DNA of 63,233 bases, the filler included, from Octopus bimaculoides (Eukaryota): assembly GCF_001194135.2 (NCBI RefSeq). It is 10 parts of 9 records of this genome, joined end to end, with 100 filler letters (N's around TTAATTAATTAA, not from the genome) between each part and the next. Parts side by side here need not be neighbours in the genome. Positions count along the whole stretch, not along the records: positions 19,065 to 30,751 come from NC_068987.1; positions 30,852 to 34,991 come from NC_069000.1; positions 35,092 to 40,555 come from NC_069004.1; 7 more parts are not named here. The stretch is one strand, 5' to 3'. The translations under genes and the position numbers were made by a program. Of the stretch, positions 25,216-38,760 are shown piece by piece. Position 1 is the stretch's first letter. The number at the start of each line of letters is the position of its first letter. The notes beneath the pieces were generated by a model. That model was not told the origin of the DNA. It did no database searches and saw only the letters and a list, made by a program, of their open reading frames with translations.

Positions 25216-25764
25216 TAAGCTTTATGACTTAGGACACTTCTAGTATATATATGTATGTTCTTGAAAAATAATTGAAAATAGAAGAGAGCATACATATATA
25301 GAAGTATTCTTTGTCAAGGGGTTCACATAACAAAATAGTAAATTGGAGATCCACAAAAGTATTTTAAGGGTCCCTAAAATATTTTTGCTTTAGATGTATA
25401 TATTGGTATGTATTGCAAGAAAGAGCTAGGTTTCTTTCTATAATATTTTACATAGTCCAAACTAAATAAGTTAATGTGTGAATAATAAAATAGTAACCTT
25501 GAAAGAAGTTTCTAAATAACTAGTTTTTAACATTGAATGGCTATGCAGGTCCACCAGAATAAAATAGTAATCAAAGGGGTCCATAGATACGAAAAGGTTC
25601 AGAACTTCTGATCTAGAGAATAACTAGGTTGCTTCCAGATCTACCTGTTACATTCAAACTCCGATGATTTTAGAAACATTTCGCTGTTTCCTAGATGAAA
25701 TATCTTGTAAATCGTATGTAAATTTTGAAACATAATGAAATGCACACTCATATATATTGGCACA

Positions 25765-26150
25765 GGAATGGCTGTGTGGTTAAGAAGCCCACTTTGCAAC
25801 TAGGTGGTTTCAGTTTCAGTCTCATTGCACGATACCTTGAGCAAGTGTCTTCTATTAAAACCTCGGGACGACCAGTGTGAATGAATTTGGTTGACGTAAA
25901 CTGCATAGAAACACGTTAGGCGCGCGCACACACAGACACAGACACACACACACTCTCTCTCTCTCTCACACACATGTTATATGTGCCTGCATGTATATTT
26001 CTTTATGTTTGTCCCCTCCCTGCTACTGTTTGACACCCGGCATTTGTTCGTTTATATCCCAGTAAATTAGCAGTTCAGCAAGCGCGAGCGATAGAATAAG
26101 AGCCAAACTTTAAAAAGGCGAGCACTAGGGTCGATTTATCTGACTAAAGT
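25765..26150 (+). mobile_element. SINE family A, degenerate full length
   Basis: ggcacaggaatggctgtgtggttaag head, core and tail remnants. Confidence 0.75.
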
Positions 26151-26424
26151 TGAGAATATATCCCCTTGCAAGTAGTAAAATAGTTGCTGCATGGCTGAAT
26201 TGGTACCCAGGTTAATATGGCAGCTGCATGAATAATGGAAGGAACGAAAGGGCCTCGGTGTAGGCCATAAGAATCAGGACATCCTCTTGTAACACCAATG
26301 CTGACGGGCATTACTGGAGCCAGCGATACTGTCAGACGGTGCAGAAACTGTAATGATCTCTAGTCAACAAATGTTGAAGAAAGTGTTCACAATGCGCATG
26401 TGTGTAATAAAAAAAAAGTGTTAT

Positions 26425-26640
26425 TTCTAGTGAAACAACGTAACAGTTAACTGTTACTTTAAATTCCATGTAAATCCATGTGCATCCAACTTCCAGTCAG
26501 TCATTAAATATAATTTTCTTTCGATCTTCACTTGACAGCATATACATTTAGATAAATTACAGAGTGTATCAGAAAGTATAATAAAACTGCAAATTTGGTT
26601 AAAATTTTATATCATAATTTTTATCCGTGTTTCACTAGAA
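26425..26640. mobile_element. Candidate MITE, 216 bp, with 13-bp perfect TIRs
   Basis: ttctagtgaaaca (26425-26437) and tgtttcactagaa (26628-26640), flanked by TAT on both sides. Confidence 0.5.
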
Positions 26641-27339
26641 TATGCTTATGAAACATAGTAATCGCAACATACACGATTGCATAATTACCGTCGAACGCCA
26701 GTTCATCAGAAGAAAAACGTAATTTAATCCATTGTTAGTTTCCAGTGTCAGTTGGTAGACACAGCCAAAATGAGAACTGACAGTTTTCAGTTTGGCTCTG
26801 TTAACAGAAATATGAATGCAATACATGACTGAGATAAAAACAAAAATGTATCAGGTTCACGAAAATAATTAAGTTCGTATAGTTATAACCATTATTGTTT
26901 TTATTGATTTGTTGCAAACACTGACAATTTCCTTAACTGATTGCAGCAGCAACTTATAAGATTGAATCTGCAGTTTTCTAAACAAATTTAATAAACTGTA
27001 ATCATACGCAGAAGTAGCAATGAATGAGTAAATAATTGTTGGAAAATATGTTTTGAACATATATCGAAATGTTTGGTGCTACTTAAAATGATTTGAAATT
27101 TGTGTAATATACTATAAAATTTTCATCAACCTCCGTCATCAGAGTATTATAGCAGCATTGTAACTGATAATTGAAAGGTATTGTTTTTTACAGATGACTT
27201 CTATTAATTGCAAATACGTAAATGAGAAATTTGTTTCAGTTATTCTAAGTAATAAAGTCGTACTATTTTCAAAATAAAATGAATTTCGTTTATTGTATAA
27301 GCACCGTGCAATTTTAAAGATATAAAATTATTATTTTGT

Positions 27340-27545
27340 ACTTTCGGTACAAGCCCAGCAGTTTTAGTGGGAAGTTTGTCTATCATATCCGTCACACTCC
27401 TTGACTGGTACCATTTTATTAACCTCGAAAGGATAAAAGGTCAAGTTGACCTTGGTGACATATGAATTCAGAACGTAAAAAGCCGGCAGAACTGCTGCTA
27501 ACCACTTTGTTCGAAGCGGTAACGGCTCCGCCAGCTTACTGCCTT
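27340..27545 (-). mobile_element. Family B SINE
   Basis: gaaaggataaaaggtcaagttgacc..gccagcttactgcc. Confidence 0.75.
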
Positions 27546-27699
27546 GTTGTACTTAGAACATATTAACATTATATGACAGAACCCAGCGTGCATTGAAATG
27601 ATGTTATATGATAGGTGACATACCTCATAATACTCATTGGTTGCTTGGTTATGCTAAAAATGTTAACTTTTTTTTTTTAATATATAAAAGTAATATGGG

Positions 27700-28750
27700 A
27701 TCTTTTCTGTTTGGCTGCCGCTTTTCAATTTCCTCAATTTTGTTCCAATTGATTTCGTATTTGATGTTTTGATGTAGTTTTGTATGGTAATCATTGACAG
27801 GAAATTCATTTTTGACATAAATCAATAAATAAACAGTTAATAGCTTTTAAAATTCAAAAATTTTGGGTAATTTTAGCCAGTCGAAAGCCACGGACATATA
27901 GGTTCCTGTTTCCATAGTAACAGCCAAGCTGCTATAAAGCTACTTACCCACGTAGTCATTTTTCGCTTATTAAATGCTTAAAACGCATGAGGTATGAGGC
28001 GGTCATGATATGTGCTAAAAATAATTGCTAGATATACCTTAAATAACGCACCAGATTTTTTTTTATTGTTTCTTTTTTCACAATCGCGTGTTTGGCGGCA
28101 CTTTTTGAAATGTTAAGATTAAGTGAAAATTGTCAAATTTGGTGTATTGATGTAATTTTTCTCGCTAAATCTCAGTATCTAATTCACTTATTCCAGAAGA
28201 AAAAAATTTAAGTTACAGAGATTTAACATTTGATAATTTTTATCCAGTCAGAAACAGGATTTTGAAGCTATCATTTTGTGCGTGACTGCAATTGTAAGAC
28301 GACAAAACAATAATGTCAACATTGCGACAAAAGTACGTGCTTTAAGCGAAAAAATGACCCAAGAAATAACACACACATTCTGTAGTTTTAAGCATTTAAT
28401 ATGCATTAAATGCGGGAAGAAAAGAGTAAACACATTTTGTAGTTTTAAGAGCAGAAAAAAAAAATGGATACAAGCAGGTACAGCATAAAATATTAGTTTG
28501 TAAACACAGGTGGTTTTCGTAAATGCTTTTTCAACGCTTGTTTTGATACTATGGAAAAAGGCACCTAAGATGTCTGTGGCTTTCGATTGGCTAAAATTAC
28601 CCAAAATTTGCAAACTTTAAAAGCTGTTAATTGTATATTTATTGATTTATGGCGAAAATGTCAATAATGAGCATACAAAGCTACATCAATACTCCAAATC
28701 TGAAATCAATTGGAACAAAATTGAAGAAATTGAAAAGAACGAAATCTTTT
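27700..28750. mobile_element. Foldback/MITE-like element with about 210-bp imperfect terminal inverted repeats
   Basis: About 27720-27915 is the reverse complement of about 28548-28740 (e.g. caattttgttccaattgatttc / gaaatcaattggaacaaaattg; aattttgggtaattttagcc / ggctaaaattacccaaaatt). Confidence 0.82.
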
Positions 28751-29654
28751 GCCGAACCGTTAAGTTACATTGGCGTAAACACACTAACATAGGTTGTCAA
28801 ACNNNNNNNNNNNNNNNNNNNNNNNNNNNNNNNNNNNNNNNNNNNNNNNNNNNNNNNNNNNNNNNNNNNNNNNNNNNNNNNNNNNNNNNNNNNNNNNNNN
28901 NNNNNNNNNNNNNNNNNNNNNNNNNNNNNNNNNNNNNNNNNNNNNNNNNNNNNNNNNNNNNNNNNNNNNNNNNNNNNNNNNNNNNNNNNNNNNNNNNNNN
29001 NNNNNNNNNNNNNNNNNNNNNNNNNNNNNNNNNNNNNNNNNNNNNNNNNNNNNNNNNNNNNNNNNNNNNNNNNNNNNNNNNNNNNNNNNNNNNNNNNNNN
29101 NNNNNNNNNNNNNNNNNNNNNNNNNNNNNNNNNNNNNNNNNNNNNNNNNNNNNNNNNNNNNNNNNNNNNNNNNNNNNNNNNNNNNNNNNNNNNNNNNNNN
29201 NNNNNNNNNNNNNNNNNNNNNNNNNNNNNNNNNNNNNNNNNNNNNNNNNNNNNNNNNNNNNNNNNNNNNNNNNNNNNNNNNNNNNNNNNNNNNNNNNNNN
29301 NNNNNNNNNNNNNNNNNNNNNNNNNNNNNNNNNNNNNNNNNNNNNNNNNNNNNNNNNNNNNNNNNNNNNNNNNNNNNNNNNNNNNNNNNNNNNNNNNNNN
29401 NNNNNNATGTCGCATTCACTCACACACAGACATACAGTTTAATGCTCCAATAAATCTTACTGTTATTCATCTTTATCGGTTGCGTTCTTATCTTGTCCTT
29501 CCTGGCAAACTTCTTAGTTCTCTATGTTATAGTATTATAACATATCATTATATTTTGTGTCGACCGTGTGACGCGTTAAAAAAGGAGCCTGTCTTCCATT
29601 CGTCACCATTTCTCCTTTGGTTCGCACGGTCGTTCTTACATATATATATATGAC

Positions 29655-29795
29655 AGGCTTCTTTCAGTTTTCGTCTACCAAATCCACTCACAAGGTTTTG
29701 GTCTTCCTGAGGTTACAGCAGAAGACATTTGCTCAAGGTGCCACGCAGTGGGACTGAACCCGGAATCATGTGGTTGGGAGCAAGCTACGCCTGCG
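29655..29795 (-). mobile_element. SINE family A head and core
   Basis: ggcttctttcagttttcgtctaccaaatccactcac..ctacgcctgcgcc. Confidence 0.85.
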
Positions 29796-30325
29796 CCTAT
29801 ATTAGTCATATTTTATTTTAATTTACTAAATATTTATAATCTGAAAATTAGTAGTCATTTCATTTCCTTGTACATAAGTAATATTACCTTCGTCATTTGT
29901 GTTTTTTTTCTAGCTCGCCATAGTCGAATAAACTTACGAGCAAGAACATTCCAGTATGACCATCCCATCTTTTTATAAAAACATATATTTGAAACTATAT
30001 CGTCAAATAAATCTTGTTTCCGGTTGTGATTAGAGGGAGAGTTGGGTGCTATTTCTAGAAGTTAGAGCGGCCACTAAAGATAGCATTTGTCATTGTCCAA
30101 CAACAGGTATTAATAAAAGCAATCATATCTCCTTCAAATTATATGCTTTCGTTAGAACGAAAGGAAGGAAACATGAAAAATCGACGGATGGTCACGGTGG
30201 AACGCCTTTGATCATAGGTCTTCTCAATCACGGTTGGCCCCAGAGGTAAATAATAACAACAACAATAGCAACTTAATAATACCTTCATTTCCCCCCTAGT
30301 TCTGTTAACAATCGGTTTAGATATG

Positions 30326-30546
30326 TACGAGGTGGAGCTGAAAGATTCCTGAATTTAAGAGTATCGAGAAATGCCTGGTTGGAAGCACAACCTTCTGAGT
30401 TCTTTTACAGGACTTAGAAAAACTGAAGGACTGCTACAATATGTACCTGAATCAGAGAAGAGAATATGTTGTATAAAATCATAATTAACTGATTCTCCTG
30501 TATTTTCTTTTACTCAAAGCCAGGAACTTTTCAGCATCCCTTCGTA
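30326..30546 (+). mobile_element. Mariner-derived MITE (about 220 bp), TA-flanked
   Basis: TA-cgaggtggagctgaaagattcctg ... ccaggaacttttcagcatcccttcg-TA. Confidence 0.85.
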
Positions 30547-32717
30547 TGTGTTGATAAGCCGCCAGTAAGTGTGACTAAAAATGTATATTCATTCTAGTGT
30601 TAGGTAGAGTGGAGATATACGTCAGTGTGGTTAATGATGATGATCAAAAGGATTTTAAGAGAAAAAAAAATTAAAGTAAAATAAAAAAAAGTTTTATGTT
30701 GCTTTCGGAGTTCCGTTTTTTTTTTAAATTTTGTGTTGACGAAATGTTTTGNNNNNNNNNNNNNNNNNNNNNNNNNNNNNNNNNNNNNNNNNNNNTTAAT
30801 TAATTAANNNNNNNNNNNNNNNNNNNNNNNNNNNNNNNNNNNNNNNNNNNNTATAGATGTACTTATACGTATGTATATATGCACATATATATACTATTTA
30901 TATTACATATATATATATATAATATTTTTGATATGATACGTGAATACAAATAAGAAGCAGTGAATATGTATAAATGATTGTGTCTTTGCATACATGAATC
31001 ATAATTTCTATTTAATAACTTGTATATTTTCGTCTACAATATATGTTACCAACAGACACCAGCAAATATCCAACCACTGTTAAATAATTAAAATAAGAAA
31101 TCTCTACGAAAATGATATTAATTTTTTGGTTATTAATTTTTTCCCAGCAACACGATTCTGTGTCTTCCTTTGCCAAATTCTAATGACCAAGCTGTCTGCA
31201 AACCAATTTTCTCTTCTCAATTTTTTAACTATGTAAACCCATATAATTAGACTGTCTGAGGTACGAAATATCCGTCTGGGAAGCAATTTTCTAAATTATT
31301 ACCCAATTCCTTGATAATTTACTTCTTGATATCTCATTTACTGGGGCTTTTTTTTTACAGTATTTTTATTATTATTATTTTGTCTTATTTATACTTTTCC
31401 TTCTGTCAATGAATTACCTACTTTGTTAGCACCGGAAATATGCATTTGGCAATTTAAATATTAATTTCTTCTGGCAGTGTACTGAGGCCGATATCTGCAA
31501 AGGGGAAATATAAACGCGAAAGTGTAGCTTATTTATTTCGTTATTTATATATTCTATGAAAAACCAAATCCTACAAATATTCTTACACTCGCCCTCTTGC
31601 TCTTGACCATTTCCAGAACTCTTTCAAAACTAAACATCCTAACATACTTATTATCTGAAGAAATTTTAATAAACTGATTAATAATTTTATTAATTAATAG
31701 TATTTTGAGAAATTCTAATTAATTCATATTACACCCACAAGTAAAGATTAAAAAAAAACATTACCATAATAATTAAATATGATCAAGAAAAGAAAAGAGA
31801 GAAACAGGGTATTTAAATGTATTCAGTTTAGTTGAACATTGAAATCAATGGTAAATTTGGCATTTCACAGAATGGTTACTATTCCGGACTTGTTTTAGTC
31901 TGTCTGTTGGGACTTTATTAACAAAGTATAGTCTAACTAGTACTGTCAAGCCTGAGATAACAAAACTTATGTAGAATTTATTTTAACTGAAAACAATATT
32001 ATGCTGACGCAAGATTCAGCCTTTTGAAACGAAAACAAATTTTTGTGACATTTATGTCTGACTCTTAGCAATTAAAGCGAGAGTAAAATTAGATATATTG
32101 ACTGAAACCTTAGAATCGGAGAAATAATTCAGAAATTGCTTTTATAAGGGTTATTAAAAGAAATTAAGGTCAATATTTCTGAATGTGGTTGGCATTCTTT
32201 GTCGTTGGTCGACGATATTACAGAAAAAGTAACTCAACCACCTCTGCTGTGCTTGGGATGTTTTCAGAATCAAGTGACTAGACCCAAGTACATTTACCAT
32301 AACTCCACCCATGTATGTGCCGCGAAGAAATAAAAAGGAAATATGTTAGCTGCACCCATGGAACCGCAAATAATGCTAGATATTGGTTAAGTATAACCGT
32401 ACATATCTACCTACGGGTCACTCCCTCCGGATTTTCCGTAGGAGGTTACACCCTTAAACTTTGTTTGAACGCTCAATACATGGCAACAGGAGTTTATTAT
32501 TAGTGTAGGTATAGTGTGTGCAGAGACAGCCCCAATCTTTCATCTGTCAAACATGTATTAGTCTGGTATACCATAGTACCTCGAGCCAAGATGTTATTAA
32601 GATGCAGAATTTGTATGGAATCACCTTCGCGTTGTTGAGCAGCTAAAGAGATGAAAGGCCTCAACTTCCCTAAGACTGTTGTGGTGTCTATACGTGAGCT
32701 TCTTCCGGAAGTAGATG

Positions 32718-32939
32718 TATGAGGGGGTGCCGAAAAGTTCCTGGCTTTGGGTAAGAGAAAATACGGGAGGTTCTGTTAATAATGATTTTATTCGACATAT
32801 TTCCTTTCTCAAATTAACACACTTATTGCAGCCTTCCTTCAGTTTTTCTAAGCCCTGAGAAAGAACTCAGAAAGTTGAGCCTCCAGCCAGGCTTTCCACG
32901 ACACCCTTAAATCCAGGAACTTTTCAGCACTTCATCGTA
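32718..32939 (-). mobile_element. Mariner-derived MITE, same family, opposite orientation
   Basis: TA-tgagggggtgccgaaaagttcctgg ... ccaggaacttttcagcacttcatcg-TA; interior is the reverse complement of 30326-30546. Confidence 0.88.
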
Positions 32940-33579
32940 AATATTTTAACTATAAGCATAAATGTTATTACGATTTCTTGTCTATATTTTTTCTTGTTCG
33001 GTCTCCATTCTACTCACAGCTGATTATTTCACCCTTGAAGACTATAAACACATTTTGTTCGTATCTTGCGCTTATTTAGATCATTACCATATACTTTGTT
33101 AGATATATTTCTGTACTTCTCCGGTGGAAACTCTATAACAGTCTCCTACTAGCAAAAACACTCCACCTCTCTGTACTTGTCGTAAGTATATTTACAGTCA
33201 CATTTCTTGTTTTCTTGCTAGCATCTTCTCTTGCTAGCATCTTCTCTTCTATGTCCAGTTAAGAATGTAAGTCTAACCTATTCCTGGGACAGCTATTGTG
33301 TTAACACTTAATGCCTTATTTGTTTGCTTTCTTTTAAATATTAATTTAAATCCATTTGAAATAATAATCTAATATGTCTATGATTTTTTTTGTTGGCCTT
33401 ATCTTTCATTTTCTCTGTTATTCTCTGTCTGTTCATTGATTTAAAATAGTCGGAAATTCTATTTTGTCTAATTCTCTTATCTCCGTTTAATTTTTATCTA
33501 ACATGATTTTAATGTTCTTAAATTTTCTCTTTTTAATTTTCTCTTGACATTATTGTAAAGGCGACGAGCTTGAAGAATT

Positions 33580-33770
33580 GTTAGAGTTGAAAGAATTTCT
33601 AATGGTATTTTTTTCCAGATCTTTACGTACCTTGTTCAAATCTTGCTGTCAACCTCACCCATCAACTTTCGGGTCACTAAAATACCTTAACAGAAAAGTA
33701 TTAAAGTCAATTCAATTGACTGTCCCACTTCCCTCAAAATCACTTGCTTTGCCCCAAAATTAGAAAGAAC
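33580..33770 (+). mobile_element. Family B SINE, degenerate
   Basis: aaaggcgacgagct head at about 33558; ttcgggtcactaaaatacc core. Confidence 0.6.
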
Positions 33771-34214
33771 TATTATTATTGTTGTTGCTGTTGTTGTTGT
33801 TATCATTGAGCTTGGAATATTATCGATCCTGACCTTTTAAGGCTTGTTCTTCAATACTTTAGTTTATTTCGCAAATATTCGGTAACTGGTATAACAACAT
33901 GGCCTTCTTTTTTTGTCTAGAGTTTACGAACCTCATACTCAAGAATGTTGAATATTTTTTCAAAAATTTGAAAGTAGAAAAGTGGGTGGGGTTTTCAGTG
34001 TGCCTTTAAAGGGAAGGTTACAAGAAGTCCTGGTTTTGATGAGGCTTGTGACAAGCCAGCACTATCTAGCTCCTCGTCTGTTTGTCGGACTTAAAACTGG
34101 TTACAGATTTCTTTATGGTTTACCCAGGTCGAGAGAACACTGATTCAGTCCGATTTCAGTCCTCTTTCGCCGACATATGGTAGATTTCACCATAATTAAT
34201 TTTATAGTAGATAA

Positions 34215-34335
34215 GGCTTTGGTCGGCCCAAGGCTATAGTAGAAGACACTTGCCGAAGGCGTCACGCAGTGGAAATGAACTCGGAACCATGTGGTTGGTA
34301 AGCAAGCTACTTACCACACAGCCACTTCTGCGCCT
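34215..34335 (-). mobile_element. SINE family A head
   Basis: aaggctttggtcggcccaaggctatagtagaagacac..ccacacagccacttctgcgcc. Confidence 0.88.
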
Positions 34336-34960
34336 TTGTTCAGCTTAACTACACAAATTGTGAACGTAAGGTCACTATACCGTTACGGAGAAAGATTCAT
34401 TGCTCTGTGAGCATCTCAGAAGAGTCTGAATAATGGTTAATAATATAAGAGTACAACTTACTCTAAACTAGCAAAGATCTCTTTCCATCGAGAAAATAAC
34501 CAAGCCAAACAAAAGAGACATTTGGAAGTTGCCCATTGCCCATACTGAGTTATATTCGTAAACTCGAACATCGTTTCTAAAAGCACGGTGCCTTATTTCT
34601 GTGGAAACCATAGCGCATTTTCTGCACTCAATAATCCTCTGTTCGATGCACACCATTTCACATCAATAAGTTATCTAAAAAAATGACTCAACGACTTAAA
34701 GCAACCAAATGGTTTGACATCTGTATATAGGATTTCAGTCTTCAAACTAAATACATTAAGAAGGAAGTGTTTGGGATCGGCTCAGGTTTACAATTTCCGT
34801 CTATAAACCGGAACATGATACCTATGCTTTTTATTACATTAATTGGTTGCAACAGAACTTATCAGTAATGTAATAAACTATATTTCAAAGTATTTGCTAT
34901 AAAAATGTGTACACTGTGTACATAATTTGTAATGTGTCAGAATTCATATATGTATGTATG

Positions 34961-34991
<31 letters not shown>

Positions 34992-35419
34992 NNNNNNNNN
35001 NNNNNNNNNNNNNNNNNNNNNNNNNNNNNNNNNNNTTAATTAATTAANNNNNNNNNNNNNNNNNNNNNNNNNNNNNNNNNNNNNNNNNNNNTATGCGTCT
35101 ATGTATATGTGTATGTATAAAAACAAGTAAGACAGAATAAAGTAAGTAAACCAAACAGCACCTGCAAATGTGTTAAGCGATCGCTTTGCTCCCTAAAACT
35201 AATTCAGTGCATATCGAAGTCAACTAAAATGATTTGCTATATCGATGAGACGGAGATATAAATACATGCATACACCCATACATACACATACACATACATA
35301 TATAAGGCTTTTTGATAGTATAATTGTATTAGGCAAAGGTGAAAACATATCAAAGCAATCCATCTAGCGATAATTTCTCCCTATGAATCTTAATATTTTT
35401 ATAATGTTTTGTGGCATAC

Positions 35420-35616
35420 ACAAGTGTGTGTTTGCGCGCGCGTGTGTGTGTGTGTTTGCGCGCGTGTGTGTGTGTGTGTGTGTTTGTGTATGTGTGTTTG
35501 TGTGTGTGCGTATTTATGGGTGAGAGGGTGTGTTTCGGTATGTAGTTACGCGTATGTAAGTATGCATATGCATGAAGATCAGTCTATGTATGCACTCATA
35601 CACACACAACACACAC

Positions 35617-35680
<64 letters not shown>

Positions 35681-36001
35681 ATGCACGCATGTATGTATGT
35701 ATGTGTGTGTGTGTATATATATATATATGTGTATATTTGTATATATATAATATATGTAATACATATATGTGTGTGTGTGTATGTGTGTGTGTGTGTATTT
35801 GTGTGTATATTTACACGTATACAAAGCTTCTCTGCTAAACGCTAGCTGTATGCATTATGCACGTGCTAAAAAAGGTCACCTGAAGCTGTGAGATAAATAT
35901 GATTTGAATATTTGCTGGTGTGTTTCTATGTGCGTCTGTTTGTGAGTGTGTGTTTGTGCACGCACGTATGTATGTGTGTGAATGTGTGTGCGAGTGTGTC
36001 G

Positions 36002-36032
<31 letters not shown>

Positions 36033-36040
36033 CATGTGTA
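35420..36040. repeat. Compound (GT)n/(AT)n microsatellite field
   Basis: Read directly. Confidence 0.95.
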
Positions 36041-36489
36041 TTAAGCAAAATAACACAAGGGAGTGGTTTACCTAGAGAATATTTATTTTATGAGCAAACA
36101 ACCACACCTGTTTTCCCCCACTTTTTCAGTCTGTGCTCTTTTGTTTATCTATGGACAACAGACGAATGTAACTCCCACTAAAGGAAGGAGTCCTCTGGGC
36201 GGTTTTAATCTGGGATGCATAAGATTCCAATGGATACAGAGAAGTCGCTTACTTGTCATAACATTTGAATTATATGTGTTCATGTGTGTATGTGTGTGTA
36301 TGTGTGTGTGCGTGTGTATATTTCTGTTTTAATCAGTTTCAGCTTTAGCGTTGCGTCCACTTCGTAGTAATGCTTATACTGATTATTATTATTGATATCA
36401 AATACTCCGGGAAACTTATATTGTTAAGGGAATATATTTAGAATTATCTAATGGAATAAATCTCTTAAGTCCTATCTTATGAAAATTAT

Positions 36490-37036
36490 TATTGGATTCA
36501 TACTGGAAGAAGGCAGTCTGGGTCAAATGCTTCTTTTTGTTGTCTCCGCATGTATACTCGGCCGATGGTAGGAAATAAGGTAATGGCTGACTTGTCCAAG
36601 AAATAATATTCTTCCACTACTTTAGGGACTAATTCTGTAGGTTTTTGCTCCACTCAAAACGCTTTGCAATGTTTGTTTTTGAAAGTAGTGGTTTTCTCCC
36701 GTAAAATCGGGCTTTGTGCAGCTCCCGTCGAACAGTTTCTTGTGAAACTGTATTCTCGAGGTGGTTATTAAGCTCTGCAGTAATTTTAGGAGCTGTACTT
36801 CTGTGATTCTTTCTAACAATACGCGTAAGAGTCTGATGGTACCAATCTGAAAGTTTTGGTTTTCTTCCGGAGTTTTCTTTGGACGAAAAGGGTTTTTCCT
36901 CTTTCTCAAAATCTGTTATTACTTTTGAGACAATACGTCTTGATACACCAAACATTTCGGCTGTTTTCGTTACGCTAGCGCCTGCCATACGAGCAGCAAC
37001 AATTTGACCTCTTTGAAAGTCCGATAGATCTGTCAT
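36490..37036 (-). mobile_element. Tc1-family transposase pseudogene
   Basis: MTDLSDFQRGQIVAARMAGASVTKTAEMFGVSR..GRKPKLS..HRSTAPKITAELN..TVRRELHK..RKPLLS; after the stop WKNIIFLDKS (WxxVxFSDES-like). Confidence 0.92.
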
Positions 37037-37279
37037 TTTAATGAATTTTAATTGCCTTTTCTGATGTTNNNNNNNNNNNNNNNNNNNNNNNNNNNNNNNN
37101 NNNNNNNNNNNNNNNNCCCCCCCCCCGCTATCACTTGACAACCGATGCTGGAGTGTTTACGTCCCTGTAACTTATACACGGCTCTGACAGAGGTTGTTTT
37201 ATGTTCTCCATATTTTCTGTCGACCAATTGATTGGTTGATGAGACTGAACCCTGAACGCCACCAATATGTGTGTGTGTG

Positions 37280-37315
<36 letters not shown>

Positions 37316-38409
37316 GACACACACACATATGTGTGTGGGGGGTGTATACATACATTATTCAAAAGAGTTTGACTCGGTTTCCGTGATACTACATGTTTCG
37401 TACGCCCCTAACGAGGTATTTATATACAAGAAGGTAGAAAGGGGCAGACATAGATATATAGATAAATAGTTAGATAGATAGATAGATAGATAGATACTTA
37501 CAAAGAGAGATAACTATGTAAGAATGTACATTTCACGAGATTATGAGATTATACATAAATACGCATGAGTGGGCGTACGTGGGTGTATTTATGTGTTTGT
37601 GTATTCGTGTATATTTGCGAATGAAATAATGCGATCGATTGGCGTTCACTTAAAATTTCCAAGTTCGATCGAATGTTTCGATATCAGATGTGTGAACAGG
37701 ATTAAATGAACGGCTTTATGATGAAATTATGTAATTAAGAAGGCACCCACTCAAAAGCCAAATGAAACACATTCACTTACATACATGCATACATCCATAC
37801 ATACACAGACGCAGAAAAGTATAATTAATTGCCTATATTTAAATGTCATATGATGGTAATATGTATATATATATACGTATGTATGTATGTATGNNNNNNN
37901 NNNNNNNNNNNNNNNNNNNNNNNNNNNNNNNNNNNNNNNNNNNNNNNNNNNNNNNNNNNNNNNNNNNNNNNNNNNNNNNNNNNNNNNNNNNNNNNNNNNN
38001 NNNNNNNNNNNNNNNNNNNNNNNNNNNNNNNNNNNNNNNNNNNNNNNNNNNNNNNNNNNNNNNNNNNNNNNNNNNNNNNNNNNNNNNNNNNNNNNNNNNN
38101 NNNNNNNNNNNNNNNNNNNNNNNNNNNNNNNNNNNNNNNNNNNNNNNNNNNNNNNNNNNNNNNNNNNNNNNNNNNNNNNNNNNNNNNNNNNNNNNTGTGT
38201 GTGTGTGTGTGTGTGTGTATGAGTGTGTCTGATTTCGAGTCAGAGCTTGTTGATGTATACGCATTGAGTAATAATGCATAGTCTTCACACTATTAATTCA
38301 CTGATCTATCTCTCACCCTCTCTCTCTCTCTCTCTCTGTCTATATCTCTGTCTCTCTCTACATATGTGTGTGTGTGTGCGTGTATGTGTGTACATATGTG
38401 TGTGTGTGT

Positions 38410-38490
38410 GAGGCGCAATGGACTAGTGGTTAGGGCAGCGGACTAGCGGTCATGGGATCGCGGTTTCGATTTCCAGACCTGGCATTGTGT
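38410..38490 (+). mobile_element. Head-only copy of SINE family C
   Basis: aggcgcaatggactagtggttagggcagcggac matches the head of 49536-49929. Confidence 0.8.
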
Positions 38491-38559
38491 GTGTTTTATT
38501 GCCAGTTTAGTAATATGCACCTGAGAAGATGCATCATTACTCATGTCACTGCCAACTTC

Positions 38560-38760
38560 ACACCCTGTTTGTGATTCACTCCCTCCTATCTGCATTTCAT
38601 TCAGTTTCCAGTAATTGTAGAGTAGAGATTGGAATGTTCAGTACCTTCTGGAACCCCACTCGTTATTTGAGTTTTCTTGGAGTTGGCTGTATTGGCTCCT
38701 ACCGACAGCTCACCGTTTTAGTATGTGAGCATATCCAAAATAAAACTGTATCTTCTCCTG
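38560..38760 (-). mobile_element. Very degenerate LINE RT relic
   Basis: Minus-strand SVGANTANSKKTQITSGVPEG resembles the VTSGVPQG motif. Confidence 0.4.

Noticed and set aside
25678-25720. tttcctAG-ATGAAATATCTTGTAAATC-GTATGT mini-exon (DEISCK) resembling GRIP HDEIISLL
   Set aside because: Too short and the similarity is not convincing
31990-32030. Other CUGANGA-like strings (ctgacgcaaga..gaaacg here; ctgatgagggc..aaactc at about 38800)
   Set aside because: Stem II or the GAAA box is not intact; too degenerate to call
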